The position numbers and the translations under genes were made by a program. The notes under the pieces were generated by a model. It made no database searches, was not told the origin of the DNA, and saw only the letters and a program-made list of their open reading frames with translations. Positions 1 through 12,913 of a stretch of 64,000 nt of DNA are shown here, piece after piece. Origin of the DNA: Eledone cirrhosa (Eukaryota). Location of the stretch: assembly GCA_964016885.1 (NCBI GenBank), contig OZ024754.1, positions 44,702,001 to 44,766,000 on the forward strand, in the 5' to 3' direction. Each line of letters opens with the position of its first letter. Position 1 is the stretch's first letter.

Positions 1-892
1 AGAAGAAAATGTGCTTACAATATTTACAGGCCACCCCACTCTCTCTCCCCCCCTCTCTTCCCCCCCCCCCCCTCGCTCACCTACACCCATATCACCACCC
101 CCCTCTCACCCCCCTCTCTCTCATACAACCCCCCTCTCACACCACCCACCCTCTCACCTTCACCCCAGCTCAGTGTTTATGTATATAACATTATTAGAAT
201 TCAATATGACAATGACAATGATGATGATGATGGACATGGTTTTTAAAAAATATATATATAACATGCTAGAATTCAATATGATGTTGATGATCATGATGAT
301 GGTGATGGTGGTGATGATGATGATGGTGGTGATGATGATGGTGGTGATGATGGTGATGGTGGTGGTGATGGTGGTGATGGTGGTGATGGTGATGGTGGTG
401 ATGGTGGTGATGGTGGTGGTGATGATGGTGGTGCTGGTGGTGGTGGTGGTGATGATGGTGGTGATGGTGATGGTGGTGATGATGATAGTGATGGTGGTGA
501 TGGTGATGGTGATGGTGATGATGATGATGGTGGTGATGATGGTGATGATGATGATGATAGACATGTTATTCCCAATATATATAACATTATGTTATGAATT
601 CAATATGGTTCAAATAGCAACTAAAACTCTGTGATTCCTTCACATCTTCGTTTGTCTCCCAACACAATATACATTCAATACACATTCAATAGTCAATATT
701 GTAATATCAATTATTCATGTACAGATCTTATTTCTGTTGTTGTTGGTGGTTGATTGATTGATGTTTGGCAAGTAAATATGCACATTTGCATATATATATA
801 TATATATATGTGTGTGTGTATGTATATATGTGTATGTATATATATGTATGTATGTATGTATTTATGTGTATGTATATATATGTATGTATGTA

Positions 893-933
<41 letters not shown>

Positions 934-958
934 ATATGTATATATATGTATATATGTG

Positions 959-997
<39 letters not shown>

Positions 998-1837
998 ATA
1001 TGTGTATGTATATATATATGTATATATGTGTATATATATATATGTATATATGTGTATATATATATATATATGCATGTATATATGTGTATGTATATATATA
1101 TATATATGTATATGTATGTATATGTATGTATGTATGTATGTATGTGTGTGTGTGTATGTATGTATATATATATATATGTGTGTATATGTATGTATATATG
1201 TATGTATATATATGTTTATATATATATATATGTAAATATGTTTATATATATCTATCTATCTAAGGCGGGTAAAATTCCCGAGATCCATGGACGAGTTCTC
1301 TCCAGCGGTCTCTGTCCCTCATTATCGCTGCCATATCCTGCATCTCCAACAGACCAGTGTCTGTCCTTAGGGCATCAACATATGTTAACCTTGGTCTTCC
1401 TCTTCTAGTGTGTCCATGTAGGGGCTCCCAATATATATATATATATGTTTATATATATGTTTATATATATATATATATATGTTTATATATATGTTTATAT
1501 ATATATATATATGTTTATATATATATGTTTATATATATATATATATATATGTTTATATATATATGTTTATATATATATGTTTATATATATATATATATGT
1601 TTATATATATATGTTTATATATATATATGTTTATATATATATATATGTTTATATATATATATATATGTTTATATATATATATATGTGTTTATATATATAT
1701 GTTTATATATATATATATATGTTTATATATATATTTATATATGTTTATATATATAATATATGTATATTTGTATATATATGTATACATATGTATATATATG
1801 TGTGTATATATATATATATTTGCATATACATATATGT

Positions 1838-2188
1838 TATCATCATCATTTTACGTCCGCTTTTCCCTGCTTGCAAGGGAGGGACGGGTCTTATTCAGCA
1901 CAGCATCTCTCCACTTGTCACGGTCCTTCGTCATCTCCACCGTGAGCTTCAATGATCTGAGGTCTGTTCTCACCACCTCTGCCCATGTTTTTCGTGGTCT
2001 ACCTCTACCACGTCTTCCTTCAACTGGTATTTCCTGGCACTTCTTCACCCATCGGTCATCCTCCATGCGCATCACATGTCCATACCACCTCAGTCTCTTC
2101 TCTCGCACACTACATTCTATCCCTCTCAGACACAGTTTCTCATGCTGGGTCGTTCATGCACATTGACATTGCACATCCAACGGAGCAT
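1838..2188 (-). mobile_element. 3' fragment of a second RTE-like LINE
   Basis: [32 protein letters not shown], ending in ggacgtaaaa(tga)n. Confidence 0.85.
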
Positions 2189-2684
2189 GTGTGTGTGTGT
2201 ATATAAACATACATACATACAGACAGACAATATACTAGCCTGTCTCTCTAATAAAGTTTCATAGAATATCTAGGTGAAGGGTTTCAACCATGCCACCTTT
2301 GCTCTACCTGTGTCTTATAAACTATTTGACTATAGCCCATGACAGGAGAACTTCTCTCTTGGCCCGGCCATTCTCTGGCTATTTAACCATGAAATACAAT
2401 AATGTAAAGGTGCATGGCTTCGTGGTTAGAGCTTCGGGCTTCCAATTGTGAGGTTGTGAGTTCAATTCTAGGACACCATGCTTTACAGCATAGAGTTACA
2501 TCCCTTTACGGTCTGAGTTCAAATCCTGTTGAGATTAACTTTGCCTTTCATCCTTATGGGGTCGATAAAATAAAGTACCAGTAATGTACTGGGTATTTGC
2601 TGGCCTTGTACCAAAAGTGGAAACAATTATTATTATTTTATTTCTTGTTAGAGTTTCAAAAGTGCAATTAAAAAGTTGCAATGT

Positions 2685-2723
<39 letters not shown>

Positions 2724-4725
2724 TGTGTATCTGTGTGTGTGTGTTTGTCTGTGTATCTGTGTCTGTTTGTATGTAAGGGTTTGTATGTGTATGTGTGTGT
2801 GTATTTGTGTACATGTGTGTATCTATTCTTGATGTGACCATGAGAGGGGGGAGAAGGAGGTGAGCTGGTGTGAGGAGAGGAGGGGTGAGGTGGTGAAAGA
2901 ATAGGAGGAGGGGTGAGGTAGTGTAAGAGAGAGGGAGGAGGTGAGGTAGTGAAAGAATGGGAGGAGGGGGAATTGGTGTAAGAGAGGGGGAGGGGGTGAG
3001 GGGGTGTAAGAGAGAAAGTTTGATCAAAATATATCTATTATTGGAACTCTTATATCGGTGAAGGTGAGAGAGGGGGGGAGTAGAGGGAGAGTGGGAAGGA
3101 GAGAGGGGGAGAGTGGGAAGGAGAGAGAGGGGGAGAGGTAGAGGGAGAGTGGTGAAGGTGAGAGAGAGAGAAAGAGAGCAATAAAGGGATAGAAAAAGAG
3201 AAAGAGCTATAAAGAGAGAGGCTGATATATATATATGTATATATATATATAGAGAGAGAGAGAGAGGGAGAGACAAAAGAGAGAGAGGGGGGATAGCTGA
3301 AGTGTGAGAAGGAGAAATGAGGTGAGGTGGGAGAGAGTTGTGTTATTGATACCGGTTAATAAAGGGGTTAAAACTAAATGTAGAGACTGAATGATGTGGG
3401 GGACCCTGGGTAAGGCAGGGGTTAAGTGCTAGGGTGGGGAGCTGGTGAGGGTGGAGACCCGGTGAGGGTGGGGACCCGGTGAGGGTCGGGGTTAAGTGCT
3501 AGGGTGTCTCTTACTCATGAAATTCAATTCTTAGAATATAGTAGAGTTTCACTGATTGATTTTCCATCAGAATCAGTTATTCCTTCTTTTTAATAGAGAA
3601 TCAGTTTTTGCCAGATCGGCAGAAGTATCAGTAGTTATTGATCTGACAGGCAGAGGTTATTGATCAGCAGAGGATAGCACAGCCTATAGAAGATATCAAC
3701 TACATAGACAGAGACTGTTGTTGATAGAGTTCCAATACAGCAGTGGGGGGGGGGGGGACAGTGGTGGTGGTGGTGGTTGTGAAGTGGACAGTGGTGGTGG
3801 CTGGTTGTAAGGTGGACAGTGGTGGTGGTGAGGTGGACAGTGGTGGTGGCTGGTTGTAAGGTGGACAGTGGTGGTGGTGAGGTGGACAGTGGTGGTGGCT
3901 GGTTGTAAGGTGGACAGTGGTGGTGGTGAGGTGGACAGTGGTGGTGGTTGTGATGGTGGTGGTGGTGGTTGTGAAGTGGACGGTGGTGGTGGTGGTGGAC
4001 AGTGGTGGTGGCTGGTTGTAAGGTGGACAGTGGTGGTGGTGAGGTAGACAGTGGTGGTGGTTGTGAAGTGGACAGTGGTGGTGGTTGTGAAGTGGACAGT
4101 GGTGGTGGCGGCGGCAGCTGGTTGTGAAGTGGACAGTGGTGGTGGTGGCGGCGGCGGCTGGTTGTGAGGTGGACAGTGGTGGTGGTGGCGGCGGCGGCTG
4201 GTTGTGAGGTGGACAGTGGTAATGGTAGTGGTGATATATACATGTACACATACCCCTCATACATGTACACGCACACACACTTACACAACACAGCCCACGA
4301 ACTAAATACAACAAACCTAAAGCAGCCAAAATATACCAAACAGAAAACACAAAATACTATTAACCAATTAATTCATAATAAAATCAAAGCCACGACAGAA
4401 AAACCTAGAAAACCGTGTAAAATATGAAGAGGTATCGCCATTAAATTATTTACTTATATGAACCATAACTTAGGGGAGGCAACTCTTCACTGAATATTTA
4501 ATTTTGTAATTTTCTTTCGCTCTCTCTAAACTTGTTGATAGGTAAGGATGTCTATAAGCAGTTAGTTCCCGTCCTACCTACCATGTTTTCTCGGTTTCGG
4601 TTATAAAAAACACTGGCCTATAAAACGCCCTGGTGTATAAAACGCTCTGATGTTATACATCTGAAGAACCCTCTCTGCTCTACAGTGAGCGGGGAGGAAG
4701 TCACACTCACATATATATATGTATG

Positions 4726-4820
<95 letters not shown>

Positions 4821-5017
4821 GTATATGTGTATATATATGTATATATATATATATGTGTATATATATGTATATATATATATATGTGTATATATATGTATAT
4901 ATGTGTATATATATGTGTATATATGTGTATATATATGTGTATATATGTGTGTGTATATATATATATATGTGTATATATATATATGTGTATATATATATAT
5001 GTGTATATATATATATG

Positions 5018-5048
<31 letters not shown>

Positions 5049-5057
5049 CTTTCCCAC

Positions 5058-5089
<32 letters not shown>

Positions 5090-5384
5090 CAAATGTGAAG
5101 GTATGTGGCTGAGTATCGGTTTCGCAATTGTGAGGTTGGGCGTTCTATTCCTGGAACGGGTGATGTGTTATGTCCTTGAGCAAGACACTTTATTTCACGT
5201 TGCTCCTTCTGCCTGGAGTTGTGGCCAGTAGATAGTATTAGCAATTGGATAGACTAATGGAAACATTGTTTCCTCGGTCAAGGAAAACAGGTGCAAAATG
5301 ATGGTATATGTGCATGTGTGTGTGGTTAAGTATGTATGTGTGTGTGTATGTGTGTTACTTTAAATAATTCTAAAAAAAAATAAA

Positions 5385-5407
5385 TCATTTTTTCTTCTCT
5401 TTCACAG
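5385..5407 (+). other. Splice acceptor of a 5'-UTR intron of the ASL-like gene
   Basis: Strong polypyrimidine tract tcatttttttcttctctttcacag ending at 5407, about 190 nt before the ATG. Confidence 0.6.
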
Positions 5408-5596
5408 GTTGATAACTTCAAAGAACACTGACAACTTTCATCCTGTTATTGTAATTGTCTAATTTTGTTTGTTTGTTTTATTTTCTGTATCTACGTGGTT
5501 TTTATTATCATTGTTACAGCATCAGATTGTCTTGAAAACAAGTCACCATACTTGTTTCCTTATTGTGTTCCTCCTCATTCAATTATTTGAGTCATC

Positions 5597-7234
5597 ATGC
5601 AGAGTCTTTACCGTTCCTTCATGAAATCATTTATTATGATCATCTTCACCGTCACCTTACTGCTGCTCATTTTTGTTCTGGGTCCAATGAGTGCTTTCTA
5701 TAGCAAGACAAGAGTTTCAACGCAGACATCTGCCATTAAGAAGACACCCCGATCTAATGTTACCAACAGTACCAGGTTCAAACAGAATTCTACTAAAAGC
5801 TTCCGAGAAATATTACATTTGACCGTGAGAGATACTACCACTCATCCGTCGGTGATAAACGGTTCCAAATTCCATGCAGCACATCTTATAACAACTCCAA
5901 AAGACAATCTACAGAACTATGGCATTGCACAAATTGTTGATTACAATCTCTTCAAAGAGGATATTGAATGCAGTAAGGCATATGCCAAAAGTCTGACGCG
6001 GGTTGGTCTGCTCACAAAGAAAGAATGCCATAATATCTTGGATGGGCTTGAAATGATTGGAATGGAATGGGAAAACGGAACATTTGACCTAAAGCCAGAT
6101 GATAAAGATGTCCATGCTGCCAATGAACGGCGCCTTGCTGAGTTGATTGGTTCTGCAGCAAGTAAGTTAAATGCTGGTTGGGATCGCAATGACCAGTTAG
6201 CAACAAGCCTGAGACTATGGCAAAAAAATGCCATTGATGTTCACAAGAATGATCTTATTGCACTGTTGGGAGTTATCACCGAGCGTGCTGAGAAGGAACT
6301 TGGAGTACTTATGGCTGGCTACACCGTCATGCAGCAAGCTCGACCAATTCGATGGAGTCATTGGCTGCTTAGCTTTGGCTGGAAAATCAAGAGAGATATT
6401 GAAAGACTCATGGATCTACTTTCAAGAGTTGACTTGCTCCCACTTGGAAGTGGGGCTCTAGCAGGAAACCCTTTCGGAGTTGACAGAATGTTTCTAGCCA
6501 AAGAACTCGGTTTTGCTGATATCATTGAAAACAGCATCGATGCTGTTAATGACCAAGATATCATCTTTGAATATGTTGCATGGGCATCAATTATGGCAGC
6601 TCATTTTCACAATTTGGCCGACGATCTTATTTTATACAGTACGAAAGATTTTGGCTTTGTGGAACTTTCCAATCCTCTTCACAATGCCAGTACCCCTTCT
6701 AATGAGAATGCACGAAGCTTGGAAGAAATCCGTGGCAAAACTAATTATATCTTCGGTGAATACACCGAGATGTTGAGTGTCTTGAAAGAATTCTCAAACT
6801 TACACAACAATGATTTTCTGTCAAATGCAAAAGGCATGTTTGATATTTACAGAACAATTGTCAATGCTTTGCCAATAACCAGAACAATCCTTTCTTCTTT
6901 GAAAATAAACCCAGACAAAATGGAAGCATCCCTTAGTGAAGACATGTTATTACCAGACTTGGAATATTATATGGTACGGAAAGGGTTACCTGCAGACAAA
7001 GCCCATAGCCTTGTTGGTTTGTGTGTTGGGTTGTCACAGAAAAAAGGTGTAACGTTCTCAAAACTCTCCTTGGCTGAACTGAGATCAGTTAGCCCAGTTT
7101 TTGAGCTTGATGTGAAGTCAGTATGGAATTATAACAACAGTGTTGAGCAGTATTCAGTACCAGGAGGAACAAGTCATGCTAGTGTACAGCGCCAAATAGG
7201 TCAGTTGAAGAAATGGATGTCATTCCAAAGATAA
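5597..7234 (+). CDS. Argininosuccinate lyase-fold protein with N-terminal signal/anchor and degenerate active site (ASL-like probable pseudoenzyme), 545 aa, single coding exon
   Basis: Intact ORF collinear with animal ASL from about aa 115: SKAYAKSL, HAANERRL, RNDQ, PIRWSHWLLS, LPLGSGALAGNP, DLILYSTKDFGFV, YYMVRKG, VWNYNNSVEQY..GGT. Hydrophobic run FIMIIFTVTLLLLIFVL at aa 12-28. GYTHLQ is GYTVMQ and the GSSLMPQKKNP signature is absent. Gene symbol withheld because it is probably not the ASL orthologue. Confidence 0.9.
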   Translation: MQSLYRSFMKSFIMIIFTVTLLLLIFVLGPMSAFYSKTRVSTQTSAIKKTPRSNVTNSTRFKQNSTKSFREILHLTVRDTTTHPSVINGSKFHAAHLITTPKDNLQNYGIAQIVDYNLFKEDIECSKAYAKSLTRVGLLTKKECHNILDGLEMIGMEWENGTFDLKPDDKDVHAANERRLAELIGSAASKLNAGWDRNDQLATSLRLWQKNAIDVHKNDLIALLGVITERAEKELGVLMAGYTVMQQARPIRWSHWLLSFGWKIKRDIERLMDLLSRVDLLPLGSGALAGNPFGVDRMFLAKELGFADIIENSIDAVNDQDIIFEYVAWASIMAAHFHNLADDLILYSTKDFGFVELSNPLHNASTPSNENARSLEEIRGKTNYIFGEYTEMLSVLKEFSNLHNNDFLSNAKGMFDIYRTIVNALPITRTILSSLKINPDKMEASLSEDMLLPDLEYYMVRKGLPADKAHSLVGLCVGLSQKKGVTFSKLSLAELRSVSPVFELDVKSVWNYNNSVEQYSVPGGTSHASVQRQIGQLKKWMSFQR

Positions 7235-7716
7235 TCTATAGATCAATAAGTGATCATTGAAATCCTATTGATTGTGTTTGTGTATGTTTTATTTTTATCA
7301 CAGCCACTGACACCTCTCACCGTTTGCTAATAGAAAACTTTGATTTCATCAGAATCTCTCAAGATTTAATTATTTTATTGTATCTATTGTCATAGATTGA
7401 CTTTTGTTGTTGATGTTTTTGGGAAAATATAATTGTGTGTATGTGTGTGTGTATAGGTATGTATACATGTATGTATATATATATATATACACAGGTATAT
7501 AGATATAGGTATATGTACATATATATATATATATATATATTTACATATATATATATATAGGTACATGTACATATTTCTTTCCATATACTGTACCGATTGC
7601 ATTGTTATTTCTGTTTACCTTTTATATATATATATACACATACACATACATATATTTATAACATATACCCACACTAGCTCGCAATAACTACATAACTACA
7701 AACAATCATCAAGAAC

Positions 7717-8280
7717 CTTCACTGCTGTCCTCACAGGAAGTGAACCCAGCCCCATGTGAGTCCATGTTATTCACTGCTGTCCTCACAGGAAGTAACCCCT
7801 GCTTCATGTGATTTCCATGTTATTCACTGCTGTCCTTACAGGAAGTCAACCCAGCCCCATATGAGTCCATGTTATTCAGTGCTGTCCTCACAGGAAGTCG
7901 TCCCAGCCACATGTGATTTCATATTCTTCACTGCTGTCCTCACAGGAAGTCATCCCAGCCCCATGTGAGTCCATGTTATTCACTGCTGCCCTGACAGGAA
8001 GTCATCCCAGCCCCATGTGAGTCCATGTTATTCGCTGCTGCCTTGACAGGAAGTCATCCCAGCCCCATGTAAGTCCATGTTATTCACTGCTGTCCTCACA
8101 GGAAATCAACCCAACCTCATGTGATTTCCATGTTATTCACTGCTGTCCTCACAGGAAGTCATGCCAGCCACATGTGATTTCCATGTTATTCACTGCTGTC
8201 CTCACAGGAAGTCATGCCAGCCACATGTGATTTCCATGTTATTCATTGCTGTCCTCACAGGAAGTCATTCCAGGCCCATG
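7717..8280. repeat. 52-bp minisatellite, about 11 copies
   Basis: Unit ttattcactgctgtcctcacaggaagtcatcccagccccatgtgagtccatg. Confidence 0.9.
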
Positions 8281-8956
8281 GCACCCAGACACGAATCCTG
8301 TCATGGGAAACTCTTATCAAACCATATTTAAGATACACTTTCAAAACCTAGTTTGAATTGTTTCATAAGACCATGTTGATGTCACTGTTGTTGATGTACT
8401 TATTATTGATGTTGCTGTTATTGTTAATGTTGTTGCAGATGTTATTGCTGTTGATGTTGTAGTTTTGCAGTTATTATTGATGTTGCCGATGTTGTTGTTG
8501 ATGATGTTTGATGTAAAACAGTCTACTTACTATAAAATTTGTCTTCTTATCGTACAATTAGATCAGATCAGTTCTCTTTAACTTTTAACATCCTCTAAGG
8601 ATTTCACAGAAAACATCTTAAAACTAGGTTTGTTAATTCAAATGTTTATAGTGTCTTTACGAGAGGACAGATCATTGTGAAAAGATGCAGTATTAGAGTA
8701 AAGACTTCAATAATGTGATGCAGTCGTTAGGCTGTTTAATATTTTTCATGTATGTCTTGCTAAGGTGGTTTCATGTGGTACAGGGCATTAAGAGATAAAG
8801 AAACTTTCCAAAATTGCATGCTAGCAGAACACTTGTAAATATTACAGTGCTCCCCCTGTCCTTCTTATTTGTCTACAGGGGTGATTTATAAAGAATGTCA
8901 TAGAAAGTGGGTAGATAGGTAGAGAAAATGTTTAAATGTCTTCTCTATGCAGATGT

Positions 8957-9172
8957 TTAACCCTTTAGCATTTACATTACTCTATATTTACTATTGTATT
9001 TTCACAGTAAAGGCTTTACCCCACATAATATCAAATCTATGAGATTTTGATATTATTTATTTTGAGAACAATACCATAACATCAGGATGAGTGGCCAGTT
9101 ACGGCTGGTTTTAACAGAGAGAGGTGAGAGAATTCTGGCCAGATATGACCGGTTTAAATGCTAAAAGGTTAA
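8957..9172. mobile_element. piggyBac-type MITE (TTAA TSD, CCC/GG ends)
   Basis: TTAA|CCCTTTAGCATTTA ... TAAATGCTAAAAGG|TTAA, 208 bp core. Partial relatives at 29619-31372, 31385-31446, 31968-32145, 44605-44809. Confidence 0.8.
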
Positions 9173-9853
9173 CACTACTGAGTAGGATGGCTTTGGCTCA
9201 ACATAAATTATCACCTAGGGTCATATTTTTTCTTCTTTTTAAATCTGAGTTCATCTGCTTTATAAAACTTTGATTATCTTAGTCAAGCATTACTCGATGA
9301 ATCTACAAAACTTACAAAACCTCTCTACCCCAGATAACACAGAAGAGGTTTACTTTTGTTGCTAATAATCTCCCTTGGAAAAGACATAAAATTCACATTG
9401 TCTTCCCATTTCTTCTGCTGCTTAAATCTATTATATTCTTTTCTTTGGAAAAGAATGAATGTTGCAAATTCTCATTTCTTTTCTTAGAAAAAAAACAAAC
9501 AAACATTCCCAACTATCATGATTTTGTAAGAAAATATGATAAACTTGTATAATTACACACGTCTTACTTTGGAGATGAAATATTTTTCTTGTGGTTTTTA
9601 ATGTGGTTTGATGTGGTCCAGGATGTTAAGAGATAAAAAAAGATTAAAGAAAGACAACATTCTACTTGCTTTATCAAGTGGACAAATGTTTCACCATCCC
9701 TGTTGTTGCCATCAACACTACCACCAACACCACCACCAACGCCATCAAAAACTCCACTGCTACCATCACCACCACAGTCACTGTCACAGATACCATCACT
9801 ACTGTGGCTACTACTACATCAAGTTAGACACTAGAATACCACTGTTGACATAT

Positions 9854-9909
<56 letters not shown>

Positions 9910-10059
9910 ATGCATACTTACACACACACACACATATATATATATATAATGAGGGAGAGAGTATGTGTGTATAGTAACATAAAAAGTGCTCCCCAATTTA
10001 CAAATACTGACTTTGGAGACCATAGTGGCTGTTAGATTAATACTGGATTATTACTGTGG

Positions 10060-10405
10060 ACAGCCGAGACTAAGATTGGTCCTAAATTATTGTTACCAAC
10101 AGCTAAAACTATGATAGGTCTTAGAATATTGCTGCCGACAGCTGAAACTAAGATAGGTCTTAGAATATTGCTGCCGACAGCTGAAACTAAGATAGGTCTT
10201 AGAATATTGCTGCCGACAGCTGAAACTAAGATAGGTCTTAGAATATTGACACCAACAGCTGAACCTACAATAGTTCTTAGATTATTGTTGATGACAGCCG
10301 AAAACAAGATAGATCCTAAAATATTGCCAGTGAAGCCGAAACTAAGATAGATCTTAGGTTATTGCTATTGAGAGCTAAAACTAAGATATGTCTTAGATTA
10401 TTGCC
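10060..10405. repeat. 39-bp minisatellite, about 9 copies
   Basis: Unit actaagataggtcttagaatattgctgccgacagctgaa. Confidence 0.9.
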
Positions 10406-11221
10406 AGGGTGGATAAAATAAAGTACCAGTAATGCACTGGGGTCGATTTAATTGGCTTTCCCCTCCCCTAAAATTGTTGGCTTGTGTTTAAATCAGAAAC
10501 CAATATTATTTAGTAGAGTTGTGGACAAAAGCTTTGCAGTATTCAGTAGTGACTATTTGTGTTGTGAGTTCAAACCCTACCAACATTGACTTTGTCTTTC
10601 ATCTTTCCTGAGTCAACAAATTAGTCACCATTGAAGTACTAATGTTGGTTTAGTTGACTAATCCTGTTCCCCAAATTGTTGGCCTTGTGTCTAAATCAGA
10701 AACCGTTATTATTGGTTATATAAATTCTGAGTTAAAATCCTGCCGAGGCTAGCTTTGCCTTTCATCTTTACGGGGTCGATAACATAAAGTACCAGTCACG
10801 TACTGGGGTCAATTTAATCAACTTTCCTCTTCCCTTCAGATTACTGACCTTACGCCAAAAGTGGAAACAGTTATTACTACTACTGCTGTTGTTGTTGTTA
10901 TTATTAAGGGCTGTGGATTGACATGATCATTAGAACATTGGACAAAATATTATGTGGTATGTAGTTATGTCCCTTTACATTCTGAGTTCAAGTCCTACTG
11001 GAGTTAGCATTAACTTCTATTTTTCAAAGGTCAGAGATGAAGGCTGATTAAAATAAGAAGCAGTCAAGTGGGAGAGGGTGGGTGCAGGAAGATTGATTAA
11101 ATTGACGGCACCCCTTCCACAAAAATGCGTAGCCATATGTTAATGTTACAAATTGTTGTTTGACTAAGTCTTTAAATATACCCCTGTGCTTTTCCACTTC
11201 CTTTATATATACAAATATGTA

Positions 11222-11252
<31 letters not shown>

Positions 11253-12913
11253 GTGTGTGCGTGTATATATATATATATTTGTGTATGTGTCCAAAATTTG
11301 TTATATCATGTATGAGTCCCAAATCAGTTATATTATGAATGTGTCTATATTTTGGTGGGAATGGACACAGATCAATTATATGTACATGTGTCCAAAATAC
11401 TGAAACCTGTCACTCTTCACTTGGCATCAGAGAAAAAAAAAACAGAAAAAAAACAAGAAAAAAAAACAATACGAATTCTGTTATTCTTTTCACTTCTATG
11501 AAATAAAAAGTGTTTTAAAAAATATGTTGTTTGTTTTTAATTTTGTTTTGAAGTATTACCAATATGATATGCTGTGGTAAATAAATATATACATATACAC
11601 CAGGTCCGAACACAAAGGGACCAAACTCCCACTGTCACTGCCTCCATCTCTCCTGTTCTCCTCATCTCTCACTATTCTCTGTTTGGTTTCAACATAATCA
11701 TGTTATATAATTCTGCAAATAACACCTGATGACACTACCCAGTCTTGCATCATAATCAGATGATAGGGCTCGGCCATTGAAATATGTACAGTGCTTTCAC
11801 AGAATTAAAATTCCAAAGTAAATTTTCCAGTCGACCTTCTGTTGTTGTTTTGATGAATATTTAACTCCGTTCCTGCACCAGTCACAGGATACCACATCTA
11901 AGATGGATGATTTACATAACGTTGAGTGCTTTTATTTTATTGCATCATCATTTACCAACACAAACCACCAGTTCTACTTATTGGTAAAGAGCCTAACATA
12001 GATGGTGTATATATATATAATTGTTTCTACTTTTAGCACAAGGCCAGCAATACCCAGTACATTACTGGTACTTTATTTTATCGACCCTGTAAGGATGAAA
12101 GGCAAAGTTAACCTCAGCGGGATTTGAACTCAGATTGTAAAGGGACGTAACTACGCTGGAAAGCGTGTCTTACCCTCTACCAATGCTGCCAATTCACACC
12201 GCCTGGTGTATATATTATATGATATATATATATAATGATAATTGTTTCTACTTTTGGCACAGGGCCAGCAATTATCTCAGTACATTACTGGTACAATTAT
12301 CCCAGTACATTACTTTATTTTATCGACCCCGTAAGGATGAAAAGCAAAGTTAACTTCGGCGGGATTTGAACTCAGAATGGCAAGGGCCGTAACTCTATGC
12401 TGCAAAGTATGGCGTCCGACCCTCTACTGATACTGCCAATCCACCATAATAAGTTGCTAGTACTAGTTGCATCTCAGGTAAGGTTATGTAAATTCCAGAG
12501 TAGACACAAGTTATTTGCCGCATTACAACAAACGTAAATGGGTACCATAAATTCAAACCCGTACTCGAGTTTCTGCCACACTTAATGCAGTAAGAAAGCA
12601 CTATATATATATGCCTGGCATACAACTTGGCACCAGTGACATCGCAACTCACTTCTACAGCTGAGTAAACTGGAACAACATGAAATAAAGTGCCTTGTTC
12701 ATCAATACAACGCAAAGTCCAGCCTGAGAATCGAACTCACAACCTCACGATTGAAAGCCCGACGCTCTAACCACCAAACCATGTGCCTTCACATTTAAAC
12801 ATGTATGGTTCTATATCCTACATACTACAAACTCTTAATATGTATAGTTCTATGTAGAAAAATAAGACTAGTTGACTATTGGTGGGGCTCGTTATAAAAA
12901 GGTATGGCAGTAT

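Noticed and set aside
5597-7234. Calling the ORF a functional ASL/argH, or a delta-crystallin-like lens protein
   Set aside because: The catalytic His and signature loop are missing. The hydrophobic leader and sequons argue against a cytosolic crystallin, and there are no expression data.
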